Translations under genes and position numbers: made by a program
Assembly: GCA_964478865.1 (NCBI GenBank)
Contig: CAYZJS010000015.1
Location: forward strand, 1-61,180
Direction of reading: 5' to 3'
Source of the DNA: an uncultured Thermodesulfatator sp.
GTDB taxonomy: Bacteria; Desulfobacterota; Dissulfuribacteria; Dissulfuribacterales; QOAL01
Length of the DNA: 61,180 nt
In this document: piece by piece, positions 10,107 through 18,542 of the stretch
Numbering within the stretch: position 1 is the first letter of the stretch
Layout of the letters: every line of letters begins with the position of its first letter
The notes under the pieces: generated by a model
The model's input: the letters and a program-made list of their open reading frames with translations, nothing else
Databases searched by the model: none
Told to the model about the DNA's origin: nothing

Positions 10107-10992
10107 CTCGTGTTTTTTCTCCAGCCTCGGGACCAGTTGCTGAACTGGAGCGGACGGTGGAGTCAGGCAGAGCCCCAGGGTTTCCAGGCGCTTTCCAGGA
10201 AAAATCCAGTGCACCCGTCTTGCACGCGTCAACGCATTCTCCGCAGTTCCAGCAGTAAGCAGAGAATGTGTCTCCCTTGGCAGGATCAAGCCCCAGGGGG
10301 CAGGTCCTCTTGCAGAAGCCGCAGTCTATGCAGCTTTCCCGGTCCATCTTTACAACGAGCCTTCGTTTTACCGCGAGGATTCCGATAAGCGCGCCAAGGG
10401 GACACAGGTAGCGGCAAAAGAGCCTGCGTGATGCCAGGTGAAACAGGAGGACGGCGACAACCATGATTCCCTCAATTGCCAGGGTATGAAACAGGGTCGC
10501 CATCATTATTTCCCTGCCTATGAGCCCCGGCGGGGAGAGAAAGACAAAGATGGGGGCACCCATGATGAGGGTGAGAATGATCTCGCCGAGAAGGGCAAAC
10601 CACAGCGTGCGCCTCGGCAGGGGACGGGACTGCCTCCTGAATCTTTTCCTGGTAACGAGCCTGATAATCCGGTCCAGGACCTCCGAAAAGAAACTCACAG
10701 GGCAGATCCAGCTGCAGAACACCCGTCCGAGCAGCATGGCCAGAAGAATGGGGCCAAGCATCCCCACCAGGAGGGGCGCGTAGAGCTTTCTGGATGTGAG
10801 AATGCTTTCCAGGCCTTCCAGCGGAGAAACAAACCAGAGGTGCCCTATGCTAAGGCTCTGGAACCAGCCCTGTATGAAGCTGAAATGGAAGTGCTTGTTC
10901 AGGAAAGGCACCGCCAGTATCAGGCAGAAGGCACTGGTAAGGGTAAGCATCCGGTAGGTATTGTAGCGCGTCTTTAAAGGTTTCTTCCTCAT
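10096..10992 (-). CDS. napH: NapH-type membrane quinol dehydrogenase subunit (polyferredoxin)
   Basis: ORF 10096..11100 with a likely start at MRKKPLK (10992), just after the napG stop. It has several TM helices, two CxxxCP motifs (CSWICP, CRYLCP) and two 4Fe-4S motifs (CIDCGFCKRTCP, CWNCGECVDAC). Confidence 0.8.
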   Translation of the reverse strand: MRKKPLKTRYNTYRMLTLTSAFCLILAVPFLNKHFHFSFIQGWFQSLSIGHLWFVSPLEGLESILTSRKLYAPLLVGMLGPILLAMLLGRVFCSWICPVSFFSEVLDRIIRLVTRKRFRRQSRPLPRRTLWFALLGEIILTLIMGAPIFVFLSPPGLIGREIMMATLFHTLAIEGIMVVAVLLFHLASRRLFCRYLCPLGALIGILAVKRRLVVKMDRESCIDCGFCKRTCPLGLDPAKGDTFSAYCWNCGECVDACKTGALDFSWKAPGNPGALPDSTVRSSSATGPEAGEKTRDEK

Positions 10993-11000
10993 GGTTGCAC

Positions 11001-11666
11001 TTACCATTTCACTGGCTTGAATGCGTAGATGGGCTGGATGTTTATGGCCTTTTTGCCGTTCTTCTGGGTTATGGGGCAGCCGTGCGTGCATATTCCGCAT
11101 CCGGTGCAGTAGTCTTCAATGACCACTGGGCGGAGCTGGTCCAGCTTTATGGCCTTTTCCTTGAACGGGCAGACGTTGTAGCAGGTTCGGCAAAGGGCCA
11201 GTTCCTGGTTCCAGGTGACACAAGCATGTTTGTCTATGACTGCAAGGCCCATCCTGGTCTCCTGCTGGGAAATGCGGGCAAGGGTCCCTGTGGGGCATAC
11301 TTCCACGCATTTCATGCACAGGTAGCAGGGGATCTTGGTAACATCTATCAGGGGGGTTCCTGCGTAAATGCCCTCCCTGATGTCCGGCGGCCTTATTGAG
11401 TCATAGGGGCAGACCTCCACACAACGACCGCAACGGATGCACTTGGCAGGGAATATCTCCTCCGGAACTGCCCCTGGTGGCCGAAGGATGTTGGTGGTGA
11501 CAGGGGAAGAAACCGCCCGGCTTGCAGCAGGACGGATGAGCCCGACTCCTGCGGCAATGCCGGCACCTGCACCAAGGGCCTTTAAAAGGCTTCTTCTAGT
11601 GAATCGGTTTTTTTCCAAGGGATCTGTCCGGGATGTATGTTCCGGCTTTGATCTTTTCGACTTCAT
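11001..11666 (-). CDS. napG: NapG-type periplasmic 4x[4Fe-4S] ferredoxin
   Basis: 221 aa with a twin-arginine signal (FTRRSLLKALGAGAG) and four cluster motifs: CIRCGRCVEVCP, CYLCMKCVEVCP, C..CRTCYNVCP and CTGCGICTHGCP. Confidence 0.8.
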   Translation of the reverse strand: MKSKRSKPEHTSRTDPLEKNRFTRRSLLKALGAGAGIAAGVGLIRPAASRAVSSPVTTNILRPPGAVPEEIFPAKCIRCGRCVEVCPYDSIRPPDIREGIYAGTPLIDVTKIPCYLCMKCVEVCPTGTLARISQQETRMGLAVIDKHACVTWNQELALCRTCYNVCPFKEKAIKLDQLRPVVIEDYCTGCGICTHGCPITQKNGKKAINIQPIYAFKPVKW

Positions 11667-11892
11667 CTTCTGCGTTGAAATAGGTCAGCCCTACGCTCAG
11701 GACCTGTTCAATGGCCATGATTTCCCTGACCATCTCTTCCATCTGCTCCGACGTGTCGGATTCCAGCACCACAACGACGTTTCCCTTTTGGTCAGAGCCG
11801 TGAATCTCGAGGCCCTCCAGCATTTCAAGCCTGGCAAGGCCCTCCTGGATTTGGTCAGGATGTACATTTACTACAAATCCGCCAACGGGCAT
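11596..11892 (-). CDS. napD: NapD-like chaperone for NapA maturation
   Basis: An internal ATG (MPVGGFVVNVHPDQ..) in ORF 11596..12069 gives 98 aa. Size, position (between napA and napG) and the ..GLEIHGSDQKGNVVVVLE.. pattern fit NapD. The last 71 nt overlap the annotated napG start. Confidence 0.55.
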   Translation of the reverse strand: MPVGGFVVNVHPDQIQEGLARLEMLEGLEIHGSDQKGNVVVVLESDTSEQMEEMVREIMAIEQVLSVGLTYFNAEDEVEKIKAGTYIPDRSLGKKPIH

Positions 11893-11911
11893 GAAGTGTT
11901 TCTCCTTATTT

Positions 11912-12574
11912 TCAGGGCCTTCCAGCCTGCTTGCTCCTCTGGATACGCTGTTCCAGGTAGGATGAGGACTTTCTAACAGATGACTTCGGCGGTCTTGCAA
12001 CCCTGTCAAACACGTCTTGCGAAAGCAATCCGTCAAGGTTGACGCCGTTATCAAAGCATATGGCGCCACCTTCGGAAGGAGTTTTCAGGGCTTCCAGGGC
12101 CTTTTCCCTCAGGGTCTTCATGTAGCCGTGGTTTCTCTTTTCATCCCCCATGATTATTGCCGAACACCGTGCCACATAGGATCTTATTCTTCCCTGGAAA
12201 CAGCCGATTCCTGCACGTTTACAGAACTTTTCTAGCTCCTTTTCAGGCAGCATGGAAAGCTCCCTGTATCTCACGTCGAGATCTATCCTCCTGAGAAGTT
12301 CAAGCCACTGGTGCTGGGAATATTTTGAGTCAAGACCCTTGGCCATTTCAAGGACCTGCCTGGTTCCCCTGAGATAGGGAAAACCTTCTATCTCCAGGAC
12401 CTCCCTGCATCTGGCCTTGTTCTTTTCCAGAAGTTCTTCCAGGAACACCCAGTCCTGGCCGCACGATTTTGCCTTGGTATGGCTGAAAGTGAAGGCCCCT
12501 GAGCCGTGGGCTGTTTGCACGGAAAGGGGCAGGATCAAGAAAGCAGCCAGGAGTAACGTGTCAAAAATTTTCAT
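11912..12574 (-). CDS. Hypothetical secreted protein embedded in the nap operon
   Basis: An internal ATG (MKIFDTLLLAAFLILPLSVQTAHG) in ORF 11912..12709 gives about 220 aa with a signal-peptide-like N-terminus. No haem or Fe-S motif and no family recognised. It fits exactly between the napA stop (12637) and the napD start (11892). Confidence 0.5.
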   Translation of the reverse strand: MKIFDTLLLAAFLILPLSVQTAHGSGAFTFSHTKAKSCGQDWVFLEELLEKNKARCREVLEIEGFPYLRGTRQVLEMAKGLDSKYSQHQWLELLRRIDLDVRYRELSMLPEKELEKFCKRAGIGCFQGRIRSYVARCSAIIMGDEKRNHGYMKTLREKALEALKTPSEGGAICFDNGVNLDGLLSQDVFDRVARPPKSSVRKSSSYLEQRIQRSKQAGRP

Positions 12575-12636
12575 ATGGCTATACACCAGACGTAAAAGGG
12601 GCCGGGCAGTTTGTTCAAGCCCGGCCCTGATATACG

Positions 12637-15051
12637 CTATTTGTTCATCTGTACTATGAACGGCTTCAGGGGCTTTGGCCCGGACACCTTCTTGATGCGG
12701 CATGCGCATATCTTGAATTCAGGCTCCTTGGAACCCGGGTCAAAGGCGTCCTTGGTGACCCTGTTTATCATCCTGTCTTCGTACATGTCGTGCCAGTACA
12801 CGAATACCATGCCCTCGCAGGGTCCGACGTAGACCTTGGCAGGGAGGATGTTCTTGCCCCTCCTGGAGGTCACCTCTACCATGTCTCCAGGCTTGATGCC
12901 GAGCTTTTCAGCATCCTTGGGGTTGATTTCCACGAAGGCATAGGGATTGGCCCTCATGAGCTCCGGAATCCTGCCTGTCATGCTGCTGGTATGCCAGTGG
13001 TCAATGACACGGCCGGTTGACAGGTAGAAGGGGTATTCGGAATCCGGCATCTCTTCCGGACCCTTCTGGGGCCGGAGCCATATCCAGAGCTTGTGGTCCG
13101 GGTGGGCAGGCCCGTAGAACTGGAAGGGCATCTCGTTTGACGCATGCTTGTCCGCCAGGGGGTCGATGCCGCGGACAAATTTTATATCCGTGCCTCCCGT
13201 CAGGGCGAATTCCTCGGTGGGAGCGGGCCACTGGACACCGTCAGGAAGCTTTTCCAGCACCTCGTAGGTGGCACCCCTTAGGTCGTTGTCCCTGCCCTTG
13301 GTAAGCTTCTGGGTATATTCATCCCAGATGGCCCTTGGCAGCTCGTAGTCGGGTTCCTTGCCCATGAAGGGCTCAACGCACTTCTTGATCACCGGATCAT
13401 TCAGCTCCTTTGAAAGCCTGAGTGCCCATTCGCGAACTATCCAGACCTCCGGCTTTGCCTCTCCAGGAGCATTTACTGCCTTTCTCGTAAGCTGGGAACG
13501 CCTCTCAGTACATCCGTAAACACCGGTCTTCTCAAAGATGAAGGCGGTGGGAAGGATGAGGTTTGCCAGTTCCGTGGTCTTGGTGGGGAATATGTCAGTG
13601 ACCACCATGAACACGTCATCCCTGGCCATGCCCTTCCTGTACTTGTCGCAGTTTGGAAGGCTCTGGGCAGGGCTGGTGCAGTTTATCCAGATGGCCTTGA
13701 TCTTCCCCTGATTCACCGCCTCGAACATGGCAACGGTATGGTAACCGGGTTTTGGAGGAATGCGTCCCTGGGGTATGCCCCAGAGTTTTTCCACCTGGTG
13801 GCGAAGCTTGTCCTTCTTGACGAGCCTGTGGGCCGGAAGTATGTGGCAGAGTCCGCCGCCTTCCCGGACGCCTCCGCACGCATTTGGCTGGCCCGTAAGG
13901 GAGAAGCTGTCAGCACCGGGCTTGCAGAGCTGGCCTGTCAGAAGGTGCAGGTTGTGGATGAGGTTGTTGGCCCATACACCCCTTTTCCTCTGGTTGATGC
14001 CCATGGTCCAGATGCTCATGGTGCCTTCCGAGGTGGCGAACCAGCGTGCCGCTGTCCTGATCTTTTCAGCCGTTATGTTGCCCTTGCATATCTGGGCCGC
14101 CTTTTCAGGCGTATAGGCGGAAAGGAACTTCTTGTATTCTTCAAAGGAGACCTGTTTCTTGTCCTTGCCTTTTCTGAATACCGTGTAATTGTTGATGAAG
14201 TTCTGGTCGTAAAGTTTTTCTTCTACTATCACGTAGGCCATTGCATTCAGGAGTGCCAGATCGGTTCCCGGCTCGAATACCAGGTCCATGTCTGCAATCC
14301 TGGATGTGGGGGAGATACGGGGGTCGGCATTTATGATCTTTACCGTATCCTTGTGGTCTAGCTTTCTTCTCATGATGCGCCTGAAGAGCACCGGATGGGC
14401 CTCTGCCGTATTACTCCCGATTATAAAGAAGCAGCTTGCCCTTTCAAAATTGGAATAGCTTCCCACGGGCTCGTCTGCTCCGAAGGAGGTGATGTATCCA
14501 CCCACTGCACTTGCCATGCAGAGCCTGGGGTTGCCCTCCACGTTGTTGGTCTGGAGGCCTCCCCTCATGATCTTCTGGAATATATACGTTTCTTCTGTCA
14601 GCGCCTGGCCGGAGCCGTAGTAGGCCACAGAATCGTTGCCATGTGTCTTGACTGCCTTTGCAAATTCCTTTGCCGCAATGTCAAGGGCCTCGTCCCAGGA
14701 TATCTCCTTGAAGGGCTGGTCCTTTTTGGCCCTGTAAAGGGGTTTTTTCAGGCGCTCGGGATGGTTTTCTCCCATGAGCTTATAGAACAGCATTCCCTTC
14801 ATGCAAAGATAGCCATAATTGGTCCTTGATTTTGATATCCCTCTCAGGGCAACTGCCTGGCCGTTCTTGACTCCCAGCTCCAGGCGGCAGCCTGAGCCGC
14901 AAAGACGGCATGTGCCCGGATGCCAGCTGTCTGCATCAGCAGCCTGGGCCTCGCCCTCCAGGCTTATCGGCAGGTTCATGCCCACGTAGGATGCTGCGGT
15001 AAGGGCAGCAGTTCTTTTCAGAAATTCTCTTCTTGAAAGGCCCATATCCAC
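12637..15051 (-). CDS. napA: Periplasmic nitrate reductase catalytic subunit (molybdopterin oxidoreductase)
   Basis: 804 aa with a Tat signal (SRREFLKRTAALTAAS) and an N-terminal Cys cluster (CRLCGSGC). Molybdopterin-oxidoreductase architecture, flanked by napM/D/G/H. AGGAGG lies 7 nt before the ATG. Confidence 0.9.
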   Translation of the reverse strand: MDMGLSRREFLKRTAALTAASYVGMNLPISLEGEAQAADADSWHPGTCRLCGSGCRLELGVKNGQAVALRGISKSRTNYGYLCMKGMLFYKLMGENHPERLKKPLYRAKKDQPFKEISWDEALDIAAKEFAKAVKTHGNDSVAYYGSGQALTEETYIFQKIMRGGLQTNNVEGNPRLCMASAVGGYITSFGADEPVGSYSNFERASCFFIIGSNTAEAHPVLFRRIMRRKLDHKDTVKIINADPRISPTSRIADMDLVFEPGTDLALLNAMAYVIVEEKLYDQNFINNYTVFRKGKDKKQVSFEEYKKFLSAYTPEKAAQICKGNITAEKIRTAARWFATSEGTMSIWTMGINQRKRGVWANNLIHNLHLLTGQLCKPGADSFSLTGQPNACGGVREGGGLCHILPAHRLVKKDKLRHQVEKLWGIPQGRIPPKPGYHTVAMFEAVNQGKIKAIWINCTSPAQSLPNCDKYRKGMARDDVFMVVTDIFPTKTTELANLILPTAFIFEKTGVYGCTERRSQLTRKAVNAPGEAKPEVWIVREWALRLSKELNDPVIKKCVEPFMGKEPDYELPRAIWDEYTQKLTKGRDNDLRGATYEVLEKLPDGVQWPAPTEEFALTGGTDIKFVRGIDPLADKHASNEMPFQFYGPAHPDHKLWIWLRPQKGPEEMPDSEYPFYLSTGRVIDHWHTSSMTGRIPELMRANPYAFVEINPKDAEKLGIKPGDMVEVTSRRGKNILPAKVYVGPCEGMVFVYWHDMYEDRMINRVTKDAFDPGSKEPEFKICACRIKKVSGPKPLKPFIVQMNK

Positions 15052-15059
15052 CTCCTGTT

Positions 15060-15440
15060 TTACTTATGGACAAAAAAGTTGTGTGCCGGATGACAGACCC
15101 AGCATTTCCTGTCGGCAGGGCGCTTCAGATACTGCTGGTTATGGCATACTGCGCACTGGGTCTCGTCGGGTACAATGCGGAAATTTTCGTAGGTGCCGTG
15201 GCACTGGAAGCATTTGACATTTGCTATCCCGTGCACTGAATCATACCAGTCCTTGTAGACGTCCGGGGTTACATCCTTGTGGCACTGGGCGCAGGGAGTG
15301 AGTTTTTCCTGTTCCGAAAGGGCCGGATGTTTTGCGGATGGCTTGTCCTGAGTGGTATTCTTGGACGTGCCGGCAGTACATGCACTGGAAATGGCGAGGA
15401 CCACCAACAACAGGCAAAATCTTAAAATTTGTTTTTTCAC
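15060..15440 (-). CDS. napM: NapM-like periplasmic tetrahaem cytochrome c
   Basis: 126 aa with a signal/lipoprotein-like N-terminus and four CXXCH motifs (CAQCH, CFQCH, CAVCH, CWVCH). GTG start preceded by AAGGAGGAG. Lies immediately upstream of napA, as in napCMADGH-type operons. Confidence 0.75.
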   Translation of the reverse strand: MKKQILRFCLLLVVLAISSACTAGTSKNTTQDKPSAKHPALSEQEKLTPCAQCHKDVTPDVYKDWYDSVHGIANVKCFQCHGTYENFRIVPDETQCAVCHNQQYLKRPADRKCWVCHPAHNFFVHK

Positions 15441-15453
15441 TTTTCTCCTCCTT

Positions 15454-15486
15454 AAAAAGAGAAAGGGCCAGATAATCCGGCCCTTT
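15454..15486 (-). terminator. Candidate intrinsic terminator/attenuator between the porin gene and napM
   Basis: The minus strand reads AAAGGGCC-GGATTATCT-GGCCCTTT followed by CTCTTTTT, 12 nt after the porin stop and just before the napM RBS. Confidence 0.4.
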
Positions 15487-15497
15487 TGTGATTCAAG

Positions 15498-16937
15498 TTA
15501 GAATGTGAACCTGAACTCGGCGTAGAAGAAGTCAAGGTCATCATCCTTGGTGAAGATCTCTTCCACCACGTCATCACCCCATACGTGGCTGTAGTAGAGA
15601 TCCAGCCCCATGCTCACACCGTTGTAGTTGCATATGTTCTTGATAAAGAGGGACAGATCCCACATGGTGCCCAGGTCGTCGTTGTCAAATCCGCCTGCAG
15701 GCCTGAGGGGCTTGAAACCGAAGATATCACCCCTTGTCATGCCAGAGCCCTGGTACCAGGCATCGTCTTCCTCGGTAAGCCAGAGCCTTGTAAAATCCGT
15801 GCGGATCAGGAGGTTTTTCATGGGTTTTACCATGATCTGGCCAAAGCCGTAGGTGGTGTTCATGAGGTTGAACCACGGGGTCATGGCATAGATGCGAAGG
15901 GTGGGCATCATCTGGAAGAAGGTGTCGCGATCGTTGTCCGTGGGGTCGTCGTCGCCTGAGCCCCTGAAGTATCCGCCACGGATCCAGGGCTGCCACATGA
16001 TGTCCTCGAACTTGTAACCGCCTTCCAGGGCCACGGCGTATGCACTCTGGTCGTTTTTGCCCCAGGTGCCGGTCTGGTAGTCTCCCCATACCAGGAAGTC
16101 AAAGCTTCCCGGGCCGACTTTTGGAGTTACATACAGGAGGTGGCCTCCGAAGTTGTTTATTTCAGGATCCTGGTTGGGAAGGCCGCGGTCGTCGTTGTAG
16201 TAGTAGTAGAAGAGCTGAGCATCCAGGCCCTGGATAACCGAGTCCTTCATGGTCAGGGCTGCAGTTACTATGTCCACGTCGTGGGTCTTGTAGCCTTTGT
16301 AGTCGTCATCCATGTAGTCCAGGTAAAATCCACCGGGAGTCGGCTGGAACCCTGCAACCGTGATGTTATAGGCCTTGTCGTCCCAGGCAACCTGGAAGCC
16401 GTCAAAGGAACGGCCCACCCTTGACCATTCGAAGCCGCCAATGAGCCTCTGGGAGATGCGAAGCTTCCTGAGCCACTGGAGCCTCTTGTTCTTGGGCTTG
16501 GTCTTGTATTCAAGGCCGCTGTTGTACTTGAAGCGTCCAATGGTGGCACTCAGGTTTTCAAGGCCGGGAAAGCGTCCCCTGAGCCATGCCTGGTCGATTC
16601 CAACCTTGCCCACGTCGCGGGCGCCGTTGTTCTGGCCATAGTACAGGGCGCCAGTGCCGTAGGATGCGTTCCTGGGAAGGCCGAAAAACTGCGTCCAGTT
16701 GAATTCACCGAAGGCGTCGATGTACTGGGAGTTGAAGCCGAAACCGAGCCTCATCTTGCTTGATACAAAGTCGTACTGGTCATCCTTGGTGGCAGGTTTT
16801 TCAAAGGTGGACCAGTTCTCGTATCTGACTTCTTCCTTGAACTTGATGTAGACATTGTCATTGATCTTGTAGGCAAAGGCATTTGCCGAGATCACAAAAA
16901 ACATCAGCAAAAAGGTAATAAAAATCGGTTTTTTCAT
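15498..16937 (-). CDS. Outer-membrane beta-barrel protein (tentatively alginate-export/AlgE-like porin family)
   Basis: 479 aa with a signal peptide (MKKPIFITFLLMFFVISANAFA) and alternating amphipathic beta-strand pattern. The C-terminus ends in an aromatic residue (..AEFRFTF). An internal GSGDDDPTDNDRDTFF block resembles AlgE-like barrels. Confidence 0.7.
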   Translation of the reverse strand: MKKPIFITFLLMFFVISANAFAYKINDNVYIKFKEEVRYENWSTFEKPATKDDQYDFVSSKMRLGFGFNSQYIDAFGEFNWTQFFGLPRNASYGTGALYYGQNNGARDVGKVGIDQAWLRGRFPGLENLSATIGRFKYNSGLEYKTKPKNKRLQWLRKLRISQRLIGGFEWSRVGRSFDGFQVAWDDKAYNITVAGFQPTPGGFYLDYMDDDYKGYKTHDVDIVTAALTMKDSVIQGLDAQLFYYYYNDDRGLPNQDPEINNFGGHLLYVTPKVGPGSFDFLVWGDYQTGTWGKNDQSAYAVALEGGYKFEDIMWQPWIRGGYFRGSGDDDPTDNDRDTFFQMMPTLRIYAMTPWFNLMNTTYGFGQIMVKPMKNLLIRTDFTRLWLTEEDDAWYQGSGMTRGDIFGFKPLRPAGGFDNDDLGTMWDLSLFIKNICNYNGVSMGLDLYYSHVWGDDVVEEIFTKDDDLDFFYAEFRFTF

Positions 16938-16966
16938 CTCTTTACCCTCCTTGTTTTAAATGGAAC

Positions 16967-16998
16967 AAGGCTGTGGCTCCCTATTAAACCACAGCCTT
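16967..16998 (-). other. 10-bp stem hairpin between the hao-like gene and the porin gene
   Basis: AAGGCTGTGG / CCACAGCCTT with a 12-nt loop. There is no clean U-tract on the coding (minus) strand, so it may be a processing/stability element or a weak terminator. Confidence 0.25.
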
Positions 16999-17030
16999 TT
17001 GTCGAGGCAATGCTCTAAAGAGCTCACCTA

Positions 17031-18413
17031 TTAAAGAGGACCGCTGCTCATGACCGTGCTCAGATCCTCTATCCTGTTGTTCTTCATGCGCCAGTCATAG
17101 ATCTGCTGAAGGTCCTTGTAGACCTGGAATATCTGGAAGAAACCATGCCAGTGTGCATAGTCCGGGCCGTTCATGGCAGCACCCTGGCGCGCACGCCTTC
17201 CGGTGTGGTGCCACAGGTAGTACATGAGTTCCTGGAAGCCGTCCTTCCATGCATCCTTTCCAAGAAGTCCCTTGGCAGCAAGCTCCTTCTTCATCTTGAC
17301 GGCACCGTCCCAGTACATGTTGTAGAGAGCAACCGTGTCTTCCAGGGTCTTGATTTCTTTTTGTATCTGGGTTGGGCCATGGCAGTTGGCACAGACCTGC
17401 CTCATGAGCTTTCCGCCCTTTTCACCATTGCCGCGTTCTCCAGATCTCACGACGGTTTTTTTGTGCATGAGATCATATTTAAGCCTCTCATTGATATTAT
17501 GAGTGGTGGTCAAGTCGCCTATGCCGCTCATGTGGCACGTTGCACAGGTAGGAGCTGTGTAGTCACCGGGCTGCCATGCGTCAGGCGCGCTGTCCCATTC
17601 CCAGTTTTCCCCGTGGGTGAGGAATATCTGGCCATGTTTGCTTTCCGTGTAGATCTCGATGTCTGGATGGTCTGGTCCGAGATGGCAGCTAGCGCATGCT
17701 TCCGGTTTTCTTGCCTCTGTCACCGAGAACTGGTGCCTGGTATGGCAAACCGTGCAGGTTCCCACTGATCCGTCAGGATATCTGGTTCCCACGCCTCCCG
17801 GCCAGGTGTTCTTGATGGGCTTGTGGTCCGGGCCGAGTTCAACCTTGCCGCCATGGCACATCTGGCAGCCGGCTTCCCTGGATGCCCAGCTGCTGGAGTT
17901 GGTTTCCTTGTTGCCTATGAACCCTGCACCCTCAAGATGATAAATGAGCTTTATTAGCTTTCCGTTGGCCTTTTTGGGATCTACCACGGGCATACTCGAA
18001 AGCATGGCGTGCCCGCTCTTCAGGAACTGTTCAACTTCCTGCGGGTGGCAGCGGGAGCAGGTCTTTGAAGAGACCATGGGGGAGATATAGATGTTGGTTC
18101 CCTTGATTCCTGAGCACTGGCTTGCCATGGGCGAGCTTTTCTCTACTACGTGGCAATCAAAGCAGGATACCGAGGCATGGGCCATCTTTCCAAGCTTCCA
18201 TGAATCGACTATCCCCGGTGTCTTCTTGGAGTGGCACTCGATGCATTTGGCCGCATCCGGGGAGACACCCCTTTTGATCACCAGTTCCTTGTGGAGCTTC
18301 GGCGTAGCCTGTTTCTGGGGGGCTTTTTCCTGTGCAACAGCCGTGTTTGCCGCAATGGCCGCAAAACATGCTGTCAAACAGAAAATACCCATCTTTCCAA
18401 ATAAACCTTTCAT
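17031..18413 (-). CDS. Octahaem cytochrome c of the hydroxylamine-oxidoreductase (HAO) family, candidate reductive (epsilon-Hao-like) nitrite reductase
   Basis: 460 aa with a signal peptide and eight CXXCH motifs (CIECH, CFDCH, CSRCH, CQMCH, CTVCH, CASCH, CATCH, CANCH). Size and haem spacing fit the HAO family. It is adjacent to a NapC/NrfH-type partner. Confidence 0.8.
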   Translation of the reverse strand: MKGLFGKMGIFCLTACFAAIAANTAVAQEKAPQKQATPKLHKELVIKRGVSPDAAKCIECHSKKTPGIVDSWKLGKMAHASVSCFDCHVVEKSSPMASQCSGIKGTNIYISPMVSSKTCSRCHPQEVEQFLKSGHAMLSSMPVVDPKKANGKLIKLIYHLEGAGFIGNKETNSSSWASREAGCQMCHGGKVELGPDHKPIKNTWPGGVGTRYPDGSVGTCTVCHTRHQFSVTEARKPEACASCHLGPDHPDIEIYTESKHGQIFLTHGENWEWDSAPDAWQPGDYTAPTCATCHMSGIGDLTTTHNINERLKYDLMHKKTVVRSGERGNGEKGGKLMRQVCANCHGPTQIQKEIKTLEDTVALYNMYWDGAVKMKKELAAKGLLGKDAWKDGFQELMYYLWHHTGRRARQGAAMNGPDYAHWHGFFQIFQVYKDLQQIYDWRMKNNRIEDLSTVMSSGPL

Positions 18414-18542
18414 GTTAACCCTCCTTTTCTAAAGTAAAGTTTCTTCTTTTGGCCTTTATTTGTTTCAGGATTTCCGGAGAAGCCCTGGATTTTATTACCA
18501 GTTCCAGTCCACATGTCTGCCTGATGTCCATGTTTTCCCTGT

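Noticed and set aside
10993-11100. N-terminal extension of the napH ORF (start at 11100)
   Set aside because: It would overlap the 3' end of napG by 100 nt. The internal ATG at 10992 (MRKKPLK) sits 8 nt after the napG stop and directly precedes the first TM helix.
12575-12709. Upstream start (12709) of the nap-embedded hypothetical ORF
   Set aside because: It would overlap the 3' end of napA. The internal ATG at 12574 begins a signal-peptide-like segment.
13738-14361. 207-aa plus-strand ORF, and other 60-140-aa ORFs, within napA
   Set aside because: It is antisense to napA, whose Tat signal and molybdopterin-oxidoreductase architecture are unambiguous.
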